From Thermoplasmata archaeon (GTDB lineage: Archaea > Thermoplasmatota > Thermoplasmata > Thermoplasmatales > GCA-001856825), in the NCBI GenBank assembly GCA_021792255.1, contig JAJYUZ010000002.1, positions 160,001 through 224,000 on the forward strand: a stretch of 64,000 nucleotides of DNA. The letters run 5' to 3'. The position numbers and the translations under genes are program-made. Shown here piece after piece: positions 39,324 to 48,700 of this stretch (within the stretch, counting starts at the first letter, position 1; every line of letters begins with the position of its first letter). The notes below the pieces were generated by a model. That model saw only the letters and a list, made by a program, of their open reading frames with translations, searched no databases and was not told the DNA's origin.

Positions 39324-40256
39324 CTATCTCTTGAGATTGGCAATCATGTCCTTTGTTGTCGCCTTGAAGTCGTAGTTTGGATGGAAGTCCCACTCACTAA
39401 CGGCCGCAGAAGCATCGAGTGACCCTGGCCAAGAATCTGCTATTTTTTGCCTGAAATCCGGTCTATAAGTCACTTCGAAAGAGGGGTAGTAATTCCTGAG
39501 CTCCATTTCTAATTGTTTTGGGGTCATAGAAAAAGACGAGACGTTAAAATCCGTCCTGTGTTTCAATCTCGTTTCGTCTGCTTCAGCAAGCCTTAGAAGG
39601 CAATCGAGAGCGTCTGGCATATACATCATTGGCAGCCTGGTATCCTCTCTCAGGAAACATTGGTAGCTCTTACCCTTAACGGCCTCCATTATCATCTCTA
39701 TAGAATAATCCGTGGTCCCTCCGCCCGGAGGTGTTTTATAACTTATAAGTCCAGGAAATCGCAGACCTCTCGCATTCAACCCGAACCTTGCATGATAATA
39801 ATTGCCCAGATGTTCCGCCATCAGTTTTGTGATTCCGTACATTGTCACGGGCCTAGCTATAGTCTCTATTGGAACGTTCTCCTTTGGCGTATCAGGACCA
39901 AATATTCCTATCGAGCTCGGGGTAATCACAAGTTTCACTCTACTCTTGATGGAGGACTCTAAGATATCGTAAAGTCCAGAGATATTCACCTTGTACGCGA
40001 GCTCAGGGTTCTTCTCTCCATTCGCGGACAGAACAGCGGCAAGATGGAAGATGGTATCTATCTTGTATTTATCGATCGCTAGGTCGACCGAAGCTCTATC
40101 AGTCACGTCTAACTTGAGGAATCTCGAATCTGCAGAGTTTGAGCGAATGTCTGAAGGAATCACTCTATCTCTTCCGAAAACATCAGAGAGAAATGGAACC
40201 AGTTCGCTTCCAATTTGACCACCAGCACCGGTGACGAGTATTTTTTCGAATGTCAT
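39324..40256 (-). CDS. tdh: L-threonine 3-dehydrogenase (SDR/epimerase type)
   Basis: GAGGQIG, HLAAVLSA.GE, YGITK, PGGGTTDY, LPMMYMPD, RQ.IADSWP; divergent from kbl. Confidence 0.88.
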   Translation of the reverse strand: MTFEKILVTGAGGQIGSELVPFLSDVFGRDRVIPSDIRSNSADSRFLKLDVTDRASVDLAIDKYKIDTIFHLAAVLSANGEKNPELAYKVNISGLYDILESSIKSRVKLVITPSSIGIFGPDTPKENVPIETIARPVTMYGITKLMAEHLGNYYHARFGLNARGLRFPGLISYKTPPGGGTTDYSIEMIMEAVKGKSYQCFLREDTRLPMMYMPDALDCLLRLAEADETRLKHRTDFNVSSFSMTPKQLEMELRNYYPSFEVTYRPDFRQKIADSWPGSLDASAAVSEWDFHPNYDFKATTKDMIANLKR

Positions 40257-40429
40257 TCCCCTAAACAGTCACGCGAAAATAAAAAATATTTCGTACCGCG
40301 CATGAATACCCCAACCTCTATCGATCTCTCGTCTCTGAGAATCCTTCACGGACGTATTTATTCAGCCGTCCCAATCAAATGGGAAGAGGTCCTAAGCAAA
40401 CTATTTGATGACTGAGAATATTTGGAGCC

Positions 40430-41608
40430 ATGGGGAAAATGGACTGGGTACAGGAAGAGATTAATGTTTTGAAAGAAACCGGTCGTTACGTTCCCATTAG
40501 AACTCTGCAAACTTCACAGGGTGCGTGGGTCAAAATCGATGGTAGAAAGGTACTCAATCTGTGCTCTAACAATTATCTTGGTCTAGCTAACAATCCTGAA
40601 GTTAAGAAAGCGATGCACGAAGCTATAGATACTTTCGGAGTAGGGGCAGGTGCTGTCAGAAGTATCGCTGGAACGATGGAACTCCATATCAGACTGGAGG
40701 AAAAGATCGCGCAGTTTAAGCATATGGAATCTTCGCTCGTGTACCAGGGCGGACTGCTGGCTAATCTCGGAACAATTCCCGCACTGGTCGGAAAGGACGA
40801 TGTCGTCTTCAGCGAAGAGCTAAATCACGCAAGCATAATAGATGGAGTGAGGCTCAGTTCTGCAAAGAGGGTCGTTTTCTCTCATGTATCTGCAACGGAC
40901 CTAGAAGAGAAGCTCAGAGCAGAAAGATCGACTGGAAAGAAGGCACTGATAGTCACAGACGGAGTATTCAGCATGGATGGAGACATTGCTCCACTCAACG
41001 AAGAGGCAGAGATCGGCGAAAAGTACGACTCTATGGTGTATGTGGACGATGCCCACGGGGAAGGTGTACTCGGGGATCACGGCAGAGGCATTGTGGATCA
41101 TTTCAAGATAGGTGGGAAAGTGGACATAGAAATGGGTACCTTTTCAAAGGCCGTGGGGGTCATGGGAGGATTTGTCGCAGGAAGAAAGGACCTCATAGAC
41201 TACCTGAAACAAAAGGCAAGACCATTTCTGTTCAGTTCTGCATTGAATCCGGGGGAAGTCGCGGCCATCCTGAAGAGCATAGAGATCATGGACAGGGACG
41301 ACTCGTTGCTCAAGAAGCTTTGGAACAATTCAGATTTCCTCAAGGAAAAGCTCAGTAATCTTGGCTTCAACACGGGAAAGAGCAAGACTCCTATAACACC
41401 CGTAATGGTCGGAGGGGAGATGGAGACTGTGGAACTCAGCAAAGCACTTTACGAAGAAGGGATATTAGCATCACCCATAGTGTTTCCGACGGTGGCAAAG
41501 GGGACAGCCAGAATCAGGCTGATGCCATCAGCCGTACACTCACGAGAAGACCTGAAATATGCGGGAGATAAATTCGAAGAAGTCGGAAAGAGAATGAAAT
41601 TGATTTAA
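40430..41608 (+). CDS. kbl: Glycine C-acetyltransferase (2-amino-3-ketobutyrate CoA ligase)
   Basis: CSNNYLGL, NHASIIDG, DGVFSMDG, DDAHG, GTFSKA, RPFLFS; context with tdh. Confidence 0.88.
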   Translation: MGKMDWVQEEINVLKETGRYVPIRTLQTSQGAWVKIDGRKVLNLCSNNYLGLANNPEVKKAMHEAIDTFGVGAGAVRSIAGTMELHIRLEEKIAQFKHMESSLVYQGGLLANLGTIPALVGKDDVVFSEELNHASIIDGVRLSSAKRVVFSHVSATDLEEKLRAERSTGKKALIVTDGVFSMDGDIAPLNEEAEIGEKYDSMVYVDDAHGEGVLGDHGRGIVDHFKIGGKVDIEMGTFSKAVGVMGGFVAGRKDLIDYLKQKARPFLFSSALNPGEVAAILKSIEIMDRDDSLLKKLWNNSDFLKEKLSNLGFNTGKSKTPITPVMVGGEMETVELSKALYEEGILASPIVFPTVAKGTARIRLMPSAVHSREDLKYAGDKFEEVGKRMKLI

Positions 41609-41615
41609 TCCAGAA

Positions 41616-43136
41616 GTGAAAATTATGAATTATGTGGAATGTGTACCCAACTACAGCGAAGGGAAAGACAGGAACAAGGTCGAGTCTATTATAGAGTCAA
41701 TCAAGAAATATCCTGTCGACGTGATAGACGTCGAAATGAATGCCGATCACAACAGGTCCGTCGTGACTATAGTAGGAGACGGAGAGTCGATGGTCGACGC
41801 AATGTTCGAATCGATTAAGAGAGCAAGCGAGCTCATCGATCTCGATTCGCATAAGGGGGAGCATCCGAGATTTGGAGCGACAGACGTTGTTCCTTTCGTT
41901 CCGTTGCTCGGAACAACCAAGGAATACTGTGTTGAGCTGGCAAAAAGGTTGGCTGTGAGAGTTGGTGACGAACTCGGAATACCCGTATTCTTGTATGGAG
42001 AGGCTGCCAATTTACCCTCGAGGAAGGAACTGCCGGATATAAGAAGTGAGAAATTTCAGTACGAACAACTTAAGGAGGCCATTTCAAAGGAAGAAAAGTA
42101 CGCACCAGATTTTGGTCCAAAGCACTTGGGTAAAGCAGGTGCGACGATTATTGGCGCGAGAGAATTCCTGATAGCTTTTAATGTGGATTTCAAATCTGAG
42201 GACCTAAAATCGACCAAGGAGATAGCGAAGAGAACAAGGGAAAGGTCCGGAGGACTGAAGAATGTGAGGGCACTTGGATTCAACCTGAGCGAAACGAAGG
42301 AAACACAGGTGTCAATGAATTTAGTGAACTACAAGGACAGCCCCGTACCTGAAATATTTGAGCACGTGAAGAGAGAGGCGCAATCGAGAGGGCTGCAAGT
42401 CAGCAGGTCCGAACTAGTCGGCATGATTCCGCTTCGGGCCGTAGAAGAAATTTACAGATTCTATTTGATGAACAGAGATTTTTCAGAAAATCAGATACTC
42501 GAGAAAAAGCTGCTCGAAATATTCTCGAAAGACAGCATAAAGGGTTACATAGGAGAACTGGCGAGTGATAAACCCGCACCAGGTGGAGGGTCAGCGAGCG
42601 GTATGGTGGGAGCGATGGGGGCTGCGCTCGTGGCAATGGTAGCAGGGCTTACGATCGGAAAGAAGGGTTATGAGGATGCAGCTGGTAAAATGAAGATAAT
42701 TCAGAAGGTGGGCTCTGAGGCAGCATGGCAACTTTACAATCAGTCGGACAGAGACACCAGGGCGTACGATAATCTATCGAAGTCGCTCTCCCTCCCGAAG
42801 GATACTTCTGCAGAAAAGGAGGAGAGGACAAGGAAAATTCAGGAGAGACTCAAGGAAGCTACTCGCGTACCGTACGACACTGGAAAAATTGCCGCTTCCT
42901 TGCTTGACTATCTCCCCATTTTGATAGAGAGGGGTAACAAGAATGCGGTTTCGGATGTTTACTGCGCATCGCTCTTTCTGTCTTCTGCGGTCTATGGTTC
43001 GATGCAAAACGTGAAGATTAACTTAGGGCTAATAAAGGACCAAGCATTCGCTGAGGAGTACAAGAAGAAGATGGAGGAGCTGAGGGAGGAGACTAGAAAG
43101 AAGACAGAGGACATATTCAATAATATGTGGAAATGA
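41616..43136 (+). CDS. ftcd: Bifunctional glutamate formimidoyltransferase / formimino-THF cyclodeaminase
   Basis: ECVPNYSEG, DHNRSV, HPRFGA.D, QVSMN, then cyclodeaminase PAPGGGS and GNKNAVSD. Confidence 0.93.
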   Translation: MKIMNYVECVPNYSEGKDRNKVESIIESIKKYPVDVIDVEMNADHNRSVVTIVGDGESMVDAMFESIKRASELIDLDSHKGEHPRFGATDVVPFVPLLGTTKEYCVELAKRLAVRVGDELGIPVFLYGEAANLPSRKELPDIRSEKFQYEQLKEAISKEEKYAPDFGPKHLGKAGATIIGAREFLIAFNVDFKSEDLKSTKEIAKRTRERSGGLKNVRALGFNLSETKETQVSMNLVNYKDSPVPEIFEHVKREAQSRGLQVSRSELVGMIPLRAVEEIYRFYLMNRDFSENQILEKKLLEIFSKDSIKGYIGELASDKPAPGGGSASGMVGAMGAALVAMVAGLTIGKKGYEDAAGKMKIIQKVGSEAAWQLYNQSDRDTRAYDNLSKSLSLPKDTSAEKEERTRKIQERLKEATRVPYDTGKIAASLLDYLPILIERGNKNAVSDVYCASLFLSSAVYGSMQNVKINLGLIKDQAFAEEYKKKMEELREETRKKTEDIFNNMWK

Positions 43137-44788
43137 TGCCGGAAGGTGATTTAATGAAGATTGTGAATGAAATAGCAAAAGATTTAGGAATTACAGACGA
43201 TGAACTGGAATTTTATGGGAAATACATGGCTAAAGTGAACCCTAGTATACTTGGAAGGCTGTCCGGAAAACATAATGGAAAGATGATTCTGGTGACGGCC
43301 ATCAACCCCACTTCCGCAGGGGAAGGCAAGACTACAACAACGATAGGTCTTTCACAGGGTCTGAAAAAAATCGGAAAGAAAGTCATGGTCACGATTAGAG
43401 AGCCATCTCTCGGACCAAACTTCGGAATAAAGGGAGGTGGGACGGGGGGTGGAAAATGCCAGCTATTGCCGGCTGATGAAATTAACCTCAATTTTACCGG
43501 AGATTTCCCTGCCATATCGGCCGCTCACAATCTTCTCTCCGCACTCGTGAACAATCACGTCTTCCAAGGAAATGAACTAGGATTTGACCTGAAGAAGATT
43601 TCGTGGAAGAGAACGATTGATATGAACGATCGTTCCCTGAGACAGATTCTGGTGGGAATTGGTGATCAGGGAGGTGCGCTGGTCGAAGATACATTCCTCA
43701 TAACTCCCGCATCAGAGATAATGGCTATAATGGGGTTTGCGGAGAATTATGATATGCTGAAAGATATGCTTTCCAAGATAACGGTAGGTTATACCAAAGA
43801 AGGTAAGAGGATCACGGCCGGAGACTTGAAGGCACAAGGTGCTATGGCGGCCCTTCTCAAGAACACAATCAAGCCAAATCTTGTCCAATCGACCGAGGGG
43901 GTTCCGGGATTCGTTCATATCGGTCCTTTTGGTAACATAGCACACGGCCACAACAGTATAGTGGCGGACAAAATTGCTCTCAAGTTAGCGGATTATGTTA
44001 TCACGGAAGCTGGCTTCGGCTCAGAGTTGGGGGCACAGAAATTCGTAGATATAGTTCTCAGAAGAGCAGGATTTGATCTAGATTTAGTAGTCCTCGTAGT
44101 CTCCATAAAGGCTCTCAAACATCACGGAGGAATGAAGTCCACGGAGAAAGGAGGAGTAGAATTTCTTGAGAAAGGGATAGACAACTTGTTCTACCACATA
44201 GGAAACGTAGAGAGGTATGGCCTGCCTCTCATAATATCTCTCAACAGGTTCAAGGATGATCGGGAGAACGAGATCGAGTATTTGAAACGAGAAACCGAGA
44301 AAAAGGGTTACAGAATGGTCATTAACGAAGGCTACTCAAAAGGTGGGGATGGAGCCGTGGAATTTGCCCAGAGCGTGGTAGAAATGCTGGAAGCCAAGGC
44401 TTCCAATCCAAGAAATATCACCTTCTCATATGAGAGAGACGAGCCCGTCAAGACAAAAATTGACAAGATAGCCTCAAAAGTTTATGGAGCTTCAAAAATT
44501 GAATATTCCAAGAAGGCGTTGAGGGTTCTGAAGAGAGTGAAGGATGAAAGACTGGATTTCTTGGACGTCTGCATGGCGAAGACGCAGTACTCGATCACCG
44601 ATGATCAGACCAAGCTGGGATGGCCGAAGGACTTCACAATAACGATCGAAGATATAATGCTCTCCACGGGTGTCGGATTCGCGGTACCATTGCTCGGAGA
44701 GATCATGACGATGCCAGGGCTTCCAAAGCATCCCATCTCTGAGGAAGTTAATATAGATGAAAGGGGAAACATCACCGGGTTACTCTGA
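43127..44788 (+). CDS. fhs: Formate--tetrahydrofolate ligase
   Basis: PTSAGEGKTT, REPSLGP, GPFGNIAHG, TEAGFG, CMAKTQYS, MPGLP. Confidence 0.96.
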   Translation: MEMMPEGDLMKIVNEIAKDLGITDDELEFYGKYMAKVNPSILGRLSGKHNGKMILVTAINPTSAGEGKTTTTIGLSQGLKKIGKKVMVTIREPSLGPNFGIKGGGTGGGKCQLLPADEINLNFTGDFPAISAAHNLLSALVNNHVFQGNELGFDLKKISWKRTIDMNDRSLRQILVGIGDQGGALVEDTFLITPASEIMAIMGFAENYDMLKDMLSKITVGYTKEGKRITAGDLKAQGAMAALLKNTIKPNLVQSTEGVPGFVHIGPFGNIAHGHNSIVADKIALKLADYVITEAGFGSELGAQKFVDIVLRRAGFDLDLVVLVVSIKALKHHGGMKSTEKGGVEFLEKGIDNLFYHIGNVERYGLPLIISLNRFKDDRENEIEYLKRETEKKGYRMVINEGYSKGGDGAVEFAQSVVEMLEAKASNPRNITFSYERDEPVKTKIDKIASKVYGASKIEYSKKALRVLKRVKDERLDFLDVCMAKTQYSITDDQTKLGWPKDFTITIEDIMLSTGVGFAVPLLGEIMTMPGLPKHPISEEVNIDERGNITGLL

Positions 44789-45995
44789 ATTTGTTACCGT
44801 GAAGGACGTAGAAGAAGCCTACGATAGGCTCAAGGGTGTCATAAAGAATACTCCCCTCGAAAGATCGAGCTCGATCAGTGAGCTCAGCGGAGCAGATGTA
44901 TTCCTCAAACTAGAAAATCTGCAGAAGGGTGGATCATTCAAGATAAGGGGGGCGTACAATCTTCTGAGCAGAGCTAAAAAAGATGTTGTTGCAGCCAGTG
45001 CGGGGAACCACTCGCAAGGGGTCGCACTTGCATCGTCATTGCTTGGCCTGAAGTCTCTCGTCGTGATGCCGCAGTTTGCACCGCCTATAAAGGTAATAGC
45101 CACTCAGAAGTACGGGGCCGAAGTCCTCCTCTACGGAAACACATTCGACGAGGCTGCGGAAAGGGCCAGAAAAATTTCTAGAGAGGAGGGGAAGGTATTC
45201 GCCCACGCTTTTGACAACAAGTACGTTATAGCCGGACAGGGTACAATAGGCATTGAAATTCTTCAAGAGATGAACGATTTTGATTACATCGTCATTCCTG
45301 TGGGAGGTGGAGGACTAATAGGAGGAATTGCCACCTACCTGAAAGAGAAGGGATACAGAGGCAAAATCATAGGTGTAGAAGCCGAGAATGCCGCAGCAAT
45401 GAAGATATCTCTCAAGCTGGGGAAACTTACGAAACTTGAATCGGTTGCGACGATCGCAGATGGCATCGCAGTAAAGTCTCCATCTGAATCCACGATGAGA
45501 ATAGCAATGAAGTATGTGGACCGAGTTGTGACGGTCAGCGACGAAGACATATCCACAGCGATGTTCACCTTGCTCGAAAGAGGAAAGATAGTTTCAGAAC
45601 CTGCAGGAGCTGCTTCCGTCGCGGCCTTGATAAAGGGAAAGATCGGGACCAAAGGTAAGAAGGTGGTAGCCCTCATATCGGGAGGGAACGTCGATATGCC
45701 TCTTCTCTCCCAGATAATAGAAAAGAATCTTCTCGAAACTGGCAGGGAGTTTATTCTCAGTTTCATCGTCAACAACATTCCGTCTGAGATGAAGAAGGCG
45801 ATAGAACTGTTTTCAGAGATGAAGCTGAATGTGGAGGAGCTCCACACTGAACTGTTCGGCGAAGACATAGGCATAGGAAAACAGAAGATTACGGTCAAAT
45901 TGAAAATTTATGGAAACGAGAACCTCACAAAGATTAGGAATAGGTTTGACTCTCTGGGTTTCGATATAATCAGCATAAGGGGGGCAAAATTCTAG
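44757..45995 (+). CDS. ilvA: Threonine ammonia-lyase with C-terminal ACT-like domain
   Basis: ENLQK.GSFKIRGA, SAGNH, GQGT, VGGGGL, ADGIAV, SGGN. Confidence 0.9.
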   Translation: MKGETSPGYSEFVTVKDVEEAYDRLKGVIKNTPLERSSSISELSGADVFLKLENLQKGGSFKIRGAYNLLSRAKKDVVAASAGNHSQGVALASSLLGLKSLVVMPQFAPPIKVIATQKYGAEVLLYGNTFDEAAERARKISREEGKVFAHAFDNKYVIAGQGTIGIEILQEMNDFDYIVIPVGGGGLIGGIATYLKEKGYRGKIIGVEAENAAAMKISLKLGKLTKLESVATIADGIAVKSPSESTMRIAMKYVDRVVTVSDEDISTAMFTLLERGKIVSEPAGAASVAALIKGKIGTKGKKVVALISGGNVDMPLLSQIIEKNLLETGREFILSFIVNNIPSEMKKAIELFSEMKLNVEELHTELFGEDIGIGKQKITVKLKIYGNENLTKIRNRFDSLGFDIISIRGAKF

Positions 45996-46186
45996 TGTAC
46001 CCCGGAATTAACAAGGAGAATCATTATCATCCCCTCTGACCTTTCCGGGGATGTGGGACTTCTTCTGGCCTTGAGTTCACAGATAGGCGACACGCCATAA
46101 CTCACTAAGGGGCCCAAAAATCCCTATAGTTCCCCGTCGTCCAGCATCTATCACTTATCAAGCGCTATTCCATAGGGAACGAACTA
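45996..46186 (-). ncRNA. Three-hairpin box H/ACA guide RNA
   Basis: Three stems ending in ATA, ACA and ACA; hairpins 1 and 3 have K-loops and pockets 14 nt from the box. Confidence 0.8.
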
Positions 46187-46193
46187 AAATATA

Positions 46194-46595
46194 TTATCGA
46201 CTCTTAACTTTTTCGAATCTAGCTATGACTCTGGTCTTGAGTCCCCCTCTAGCCTTAAACTCGCCAACAACTGCCATAAACCTTGGGGAAACGCTTTTCA
46301 CAAGATCTTCCAGAATCTTGTTTACTGCGTTCTCCTGAAAAATTCCGACGTTCCTGTACCTGTGCAGGTAGAGCTTGAATGACTTCAATTCGATTATCTT
46401 CTTGTCGGGGAGATAGTGCACTGTTATCTTCCCAAAATCAGGCATACCTGTCTTCGGGCAGATTGAGGTGAACTCGTCAGTCTCTATGGTTACGTGAGTT
46501 GAATTCTCTTGGTAGGGGAAAATAACCGAATCGATTTTCCCGAGGTCAAGATTCTTGATGCTCTTCTGCAAGTTCTCGTACTCTGACACTCTCAA
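46194..46595 (-). CDS. queF: NADPH-dependent preQ0 reductase, type I QueF
   Basis: FTSICP..G.PDF (catalytic Cys/Asp), intact QueF motif ELKSFKLY, FQE, RGG. Confidence 0.88.
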   Translation of the reverse strand: MRVSEYENLQKSIKNLDLGKIDSVIFPYQENSTHVTIETDEFTSICPKTGMPDFGKITVHYLPDKKIIELKSFKLYLHRYRNVGIFQENAVNKILEDLVKSVSPRFMAVVGEFKARGGLKTRVIARFEKVKSR

Positions 46596-46726
46596 GATAT
46601 CATAAACATCTAAATCAAGATTCCCTGACTGGGTCGGTTTTTACGAACTCTTTCTTTTTATTGAAAATTTAAAGGCGAGACTGTATTTACCAAAACTATT
46701 TTTAAGACGTATTACTCAGACAACCA

Positions 46727-47641
46727 ATGAAATCTCGTGTGGTCCTGATCGCACTCTTGCTAGTGGTTGCGGGATTGGTGATTTTCATCTACCACGAAAA
46801 CTACAGCAAGCAGAATACCCCTACTGGTTCCCATGTCTATCTCGGTGCAGTGTACTCAGGTCAGACCAAGTACACGAACTATATTTCTGCAAACGTTGAT
46901 TTCGGGAATGGCGCCAATCTAAAGAACAACATCTACTACATCGTACTCTCAATATGGGACAGCAATCATAGCTACGACCAACTTGGGATCTCCTCCCTTT
47001 ACGGAAAGTTTTATTCCACTTACTCTTACACTGAGACTGTTAATGGAAGCATTAAGTACATATTCGATCCACACTGGTTTCAGATAAAGCCCGGTCTTCA
47101 CTCTCTCTCGATGTATGTGAACAATGGAAATGTCGTTTTCAAGTTCGACACTTACTCATATACTGCATATACCGGAGGATATAATTTTGCAATTGAGACG
47201 AATGAGAAGATCGGGAACCATTCATTCAGCGGCCTCACTATTTACGAGGAGATATACGGTTTCAACAAAACCCTTCCTTCCATCTCGTTCAACTTTTCCC
47301 AGGTGTTATTCGGGACGACAGGATATCCAACTGGGTACGTGACGCAGTGGTACCAGTTCTATCACAACCTGACGGATAATTACACGTCACTCGTGTATAT
47401 GAGGTCGGATACAGTAAACATATACAACGCTCCTTCACTGACGCTGAAAATTACGGTACAAAATCTTCCGACTTCTGCAAATCTGATAATTTCTGACCTG
47501 AACTTAACGATACCCGGAAGCGGACAGTATCCGATCAATCTACTGGAAGGGAACTACACAATCTATCTTGTCTATCAGGGGCAGACGAAGTCATACAATG
47601 TGACCTTGAGTTCAAACACTGATTACACGATAACCGCATGA
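46727..47641 (+). CDS. Membrane-anchored extracellular protein (Tyr/Asn/Thr rich)
   Basis: N-terminal TM, many N-X-S/T sequons. Confidence 0.75.
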   Translation: MKSRVVLIALLLVVAGLVIFIYHENYSKQNTPTGSHVYLGAVYSGQTKYTNYISANVDFGNGANLKNNIYYIVLSIWDSNHSYDQLGISSLYGKFYSTYSYTETVNGSIKYIFDPHWFQIKPGLHSLSMYVNNGNVVFKFDTYSYTAYTGGYNFAIETNEKIGNHSFSGLTIYEEIYGFNKTLPSISFNFSQVLFGTTGYPTGYVTQWYQFYHNLTDNYTSLVYMRSDTVNIYNAPSLTLKITVQNLPTSANLIISDLNLTIPGSGQYPINLLEGNYTIYLVYQGQTKSYNVTLSSNTDYTITA

Positions 47642-47730
47642 CCGAAGCGACAACCCGTCCTCCTACACAGCAAAAGCTCCGTTTGCCACGATAGTCTGGT
47701 TGGATCGGATAGACGTGACATCGCCCAAAC

Positions 47731-47785
47731 TTTTTATATTCTCATAAAATACCCAAAGACCAATGACTGAAAAGGTGAAGGAGGT
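47731..47785 (+). promoter_or_regulatory. TATA box and 5'-UTR K-turn covering the rpl7ae Shine-Dalgarno
   Basis: TTTTTATA at 47731; ACC-AAT-GA-CT...AG-GA-GGT at 47759-47785 includes GGAGGT. Confidence 0.65.
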
Positions 47786-47791
47786 AAGATA

Positions 47792-48160
47792 ATGGCAGAA
47801 ACTAGTTATGTAAGATTCCAAACGCCCGACGACTTAAGGACGAAAGCGCTACAGCTCGTAGAGGTTTCATCAGAGACGGGAAAGGTTAGGAAAGGAACGA
47901 ATGAAGTGACAAAGGTAGTGGAGAGGGGAGAGGCAAAGATAGTTGTTATAGCTGAAGATATTCAGCCCCCAGAAGTAGTACTTCACATACCTTTACTGTG
48001 CGAAGAAAAGGGAATACCCTATTTCTATGTACAGAAGAAGGAAGACCTTGGACAGAAGGTAAAGCTCAAGAGTTCGGCTGCTGTTGCAGTTGTTGAACCG
48101 GGCAACGGAAAACAGTTACTGACTGAGCTCACGGACAAGTTCAAGGAAATTAAGAAATAA
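47792..48160 (+). CDS. rpl7ae: 50S ribosomal protein eL8 (L7Ae)
   Basis: KGTNEVTK.VERG.AK, IAED..P.EVV.H.P.LCEEK. Confidence 0.97.
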   Translation: MAETSYVRFQTPDDLRTKALQLVEVSSETGKVRKGTNEVTKVVERGEAKIVVIAEDIQPPEVVLHIPLLCEEKGIPYFYVQKKEDLGQKVKLKSSAAVAVVEPGNGKQLLTELTDKFKEIKK

Positions 48161-48173
48161 AGAGTGATAGAAA

Positions 48174-48386
48174 ATGCCAGAGAACGACGCCATTCCTTGC
48201 GAGGTCGTGGAGCTTGTTGGGAGGACAGGAATGGCCGGCGAAGCAACTCAGGTTAAGATCAAGGTGCTGGCGGGAGGAGACCAGGGCAGAGTCCTGACAA
48301 GGAACGTAATGGGGCCCGTCAGAATCGGTGACATTCTCATGCTAAAAGAAACGGCCAGAGAAGCAAGGAAACTCTCGGTGAGGTAA
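48174..48386 (+). CDS. rps28e: 30S ribosomal protein eS28
   Basis: GRTG..GE.TQV, RNV.GPVR.GD...ETAREA. Confidence 0.97.
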   Translation: MPENDAIPCEVVELVGRTGMAGEATQVKIKVLAGGDQGRVLTRNVMGPVRIGDILMLKETAREARKLSVR

Positions 48387-48391
48387 CTGCG

Positions 48392-48688
48392 ATGGAAACC
48401 AGGTATTGTTCATTCTGTGGATCCAAGATAGAGCACGGAACTGGAAAAATGTACATAAGAAGAGATGGTTCCATCTTGTATTTTGACGCTTCAAAGTGCG
48501 AAAAGAATTTCCTTAAGCTTCATCGGGAACCAAGAAGGGTCCGATGGACAGAAGAAGGAAGAGAAGAGAAATCACAGAGAATCAAGTTCTCCAAGGAAAC
48601 GGTCCAAAAAGCAAAAGCTGCTGGCGTTGACACGGAGAAGAAAGCAGAAGAGGGCAAGGAAACAGTTGAGCCTCCAAAAGAGAGCTAA
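48392..48688 (+). CDS. rpl24e: 50S ribosomal protein eL24
   Basis: CSFCG..IE.GTG.M...DG...F..SKC, PRRVRWT. Confidence 0.95.
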   Translation: METRYCSFCGSKIEHGTGKMYIRRDGSILYFDASKCEKNFLKLHREPRRVRWTEEGREEKSQRIKFSKETVQKAKAAGVDTEKKAEEGKETVEPPKES

Positions 48689-48700
48689 GAGGGTGATCTT

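Noticed and set aside
46600-46665. Possible preQ1 riboswitch upstream of queF (GAGTTCGTAAAAACC on the minus strand)
   Set aside because: No closing P1 stem and no 3' A-rich tail in the required order.
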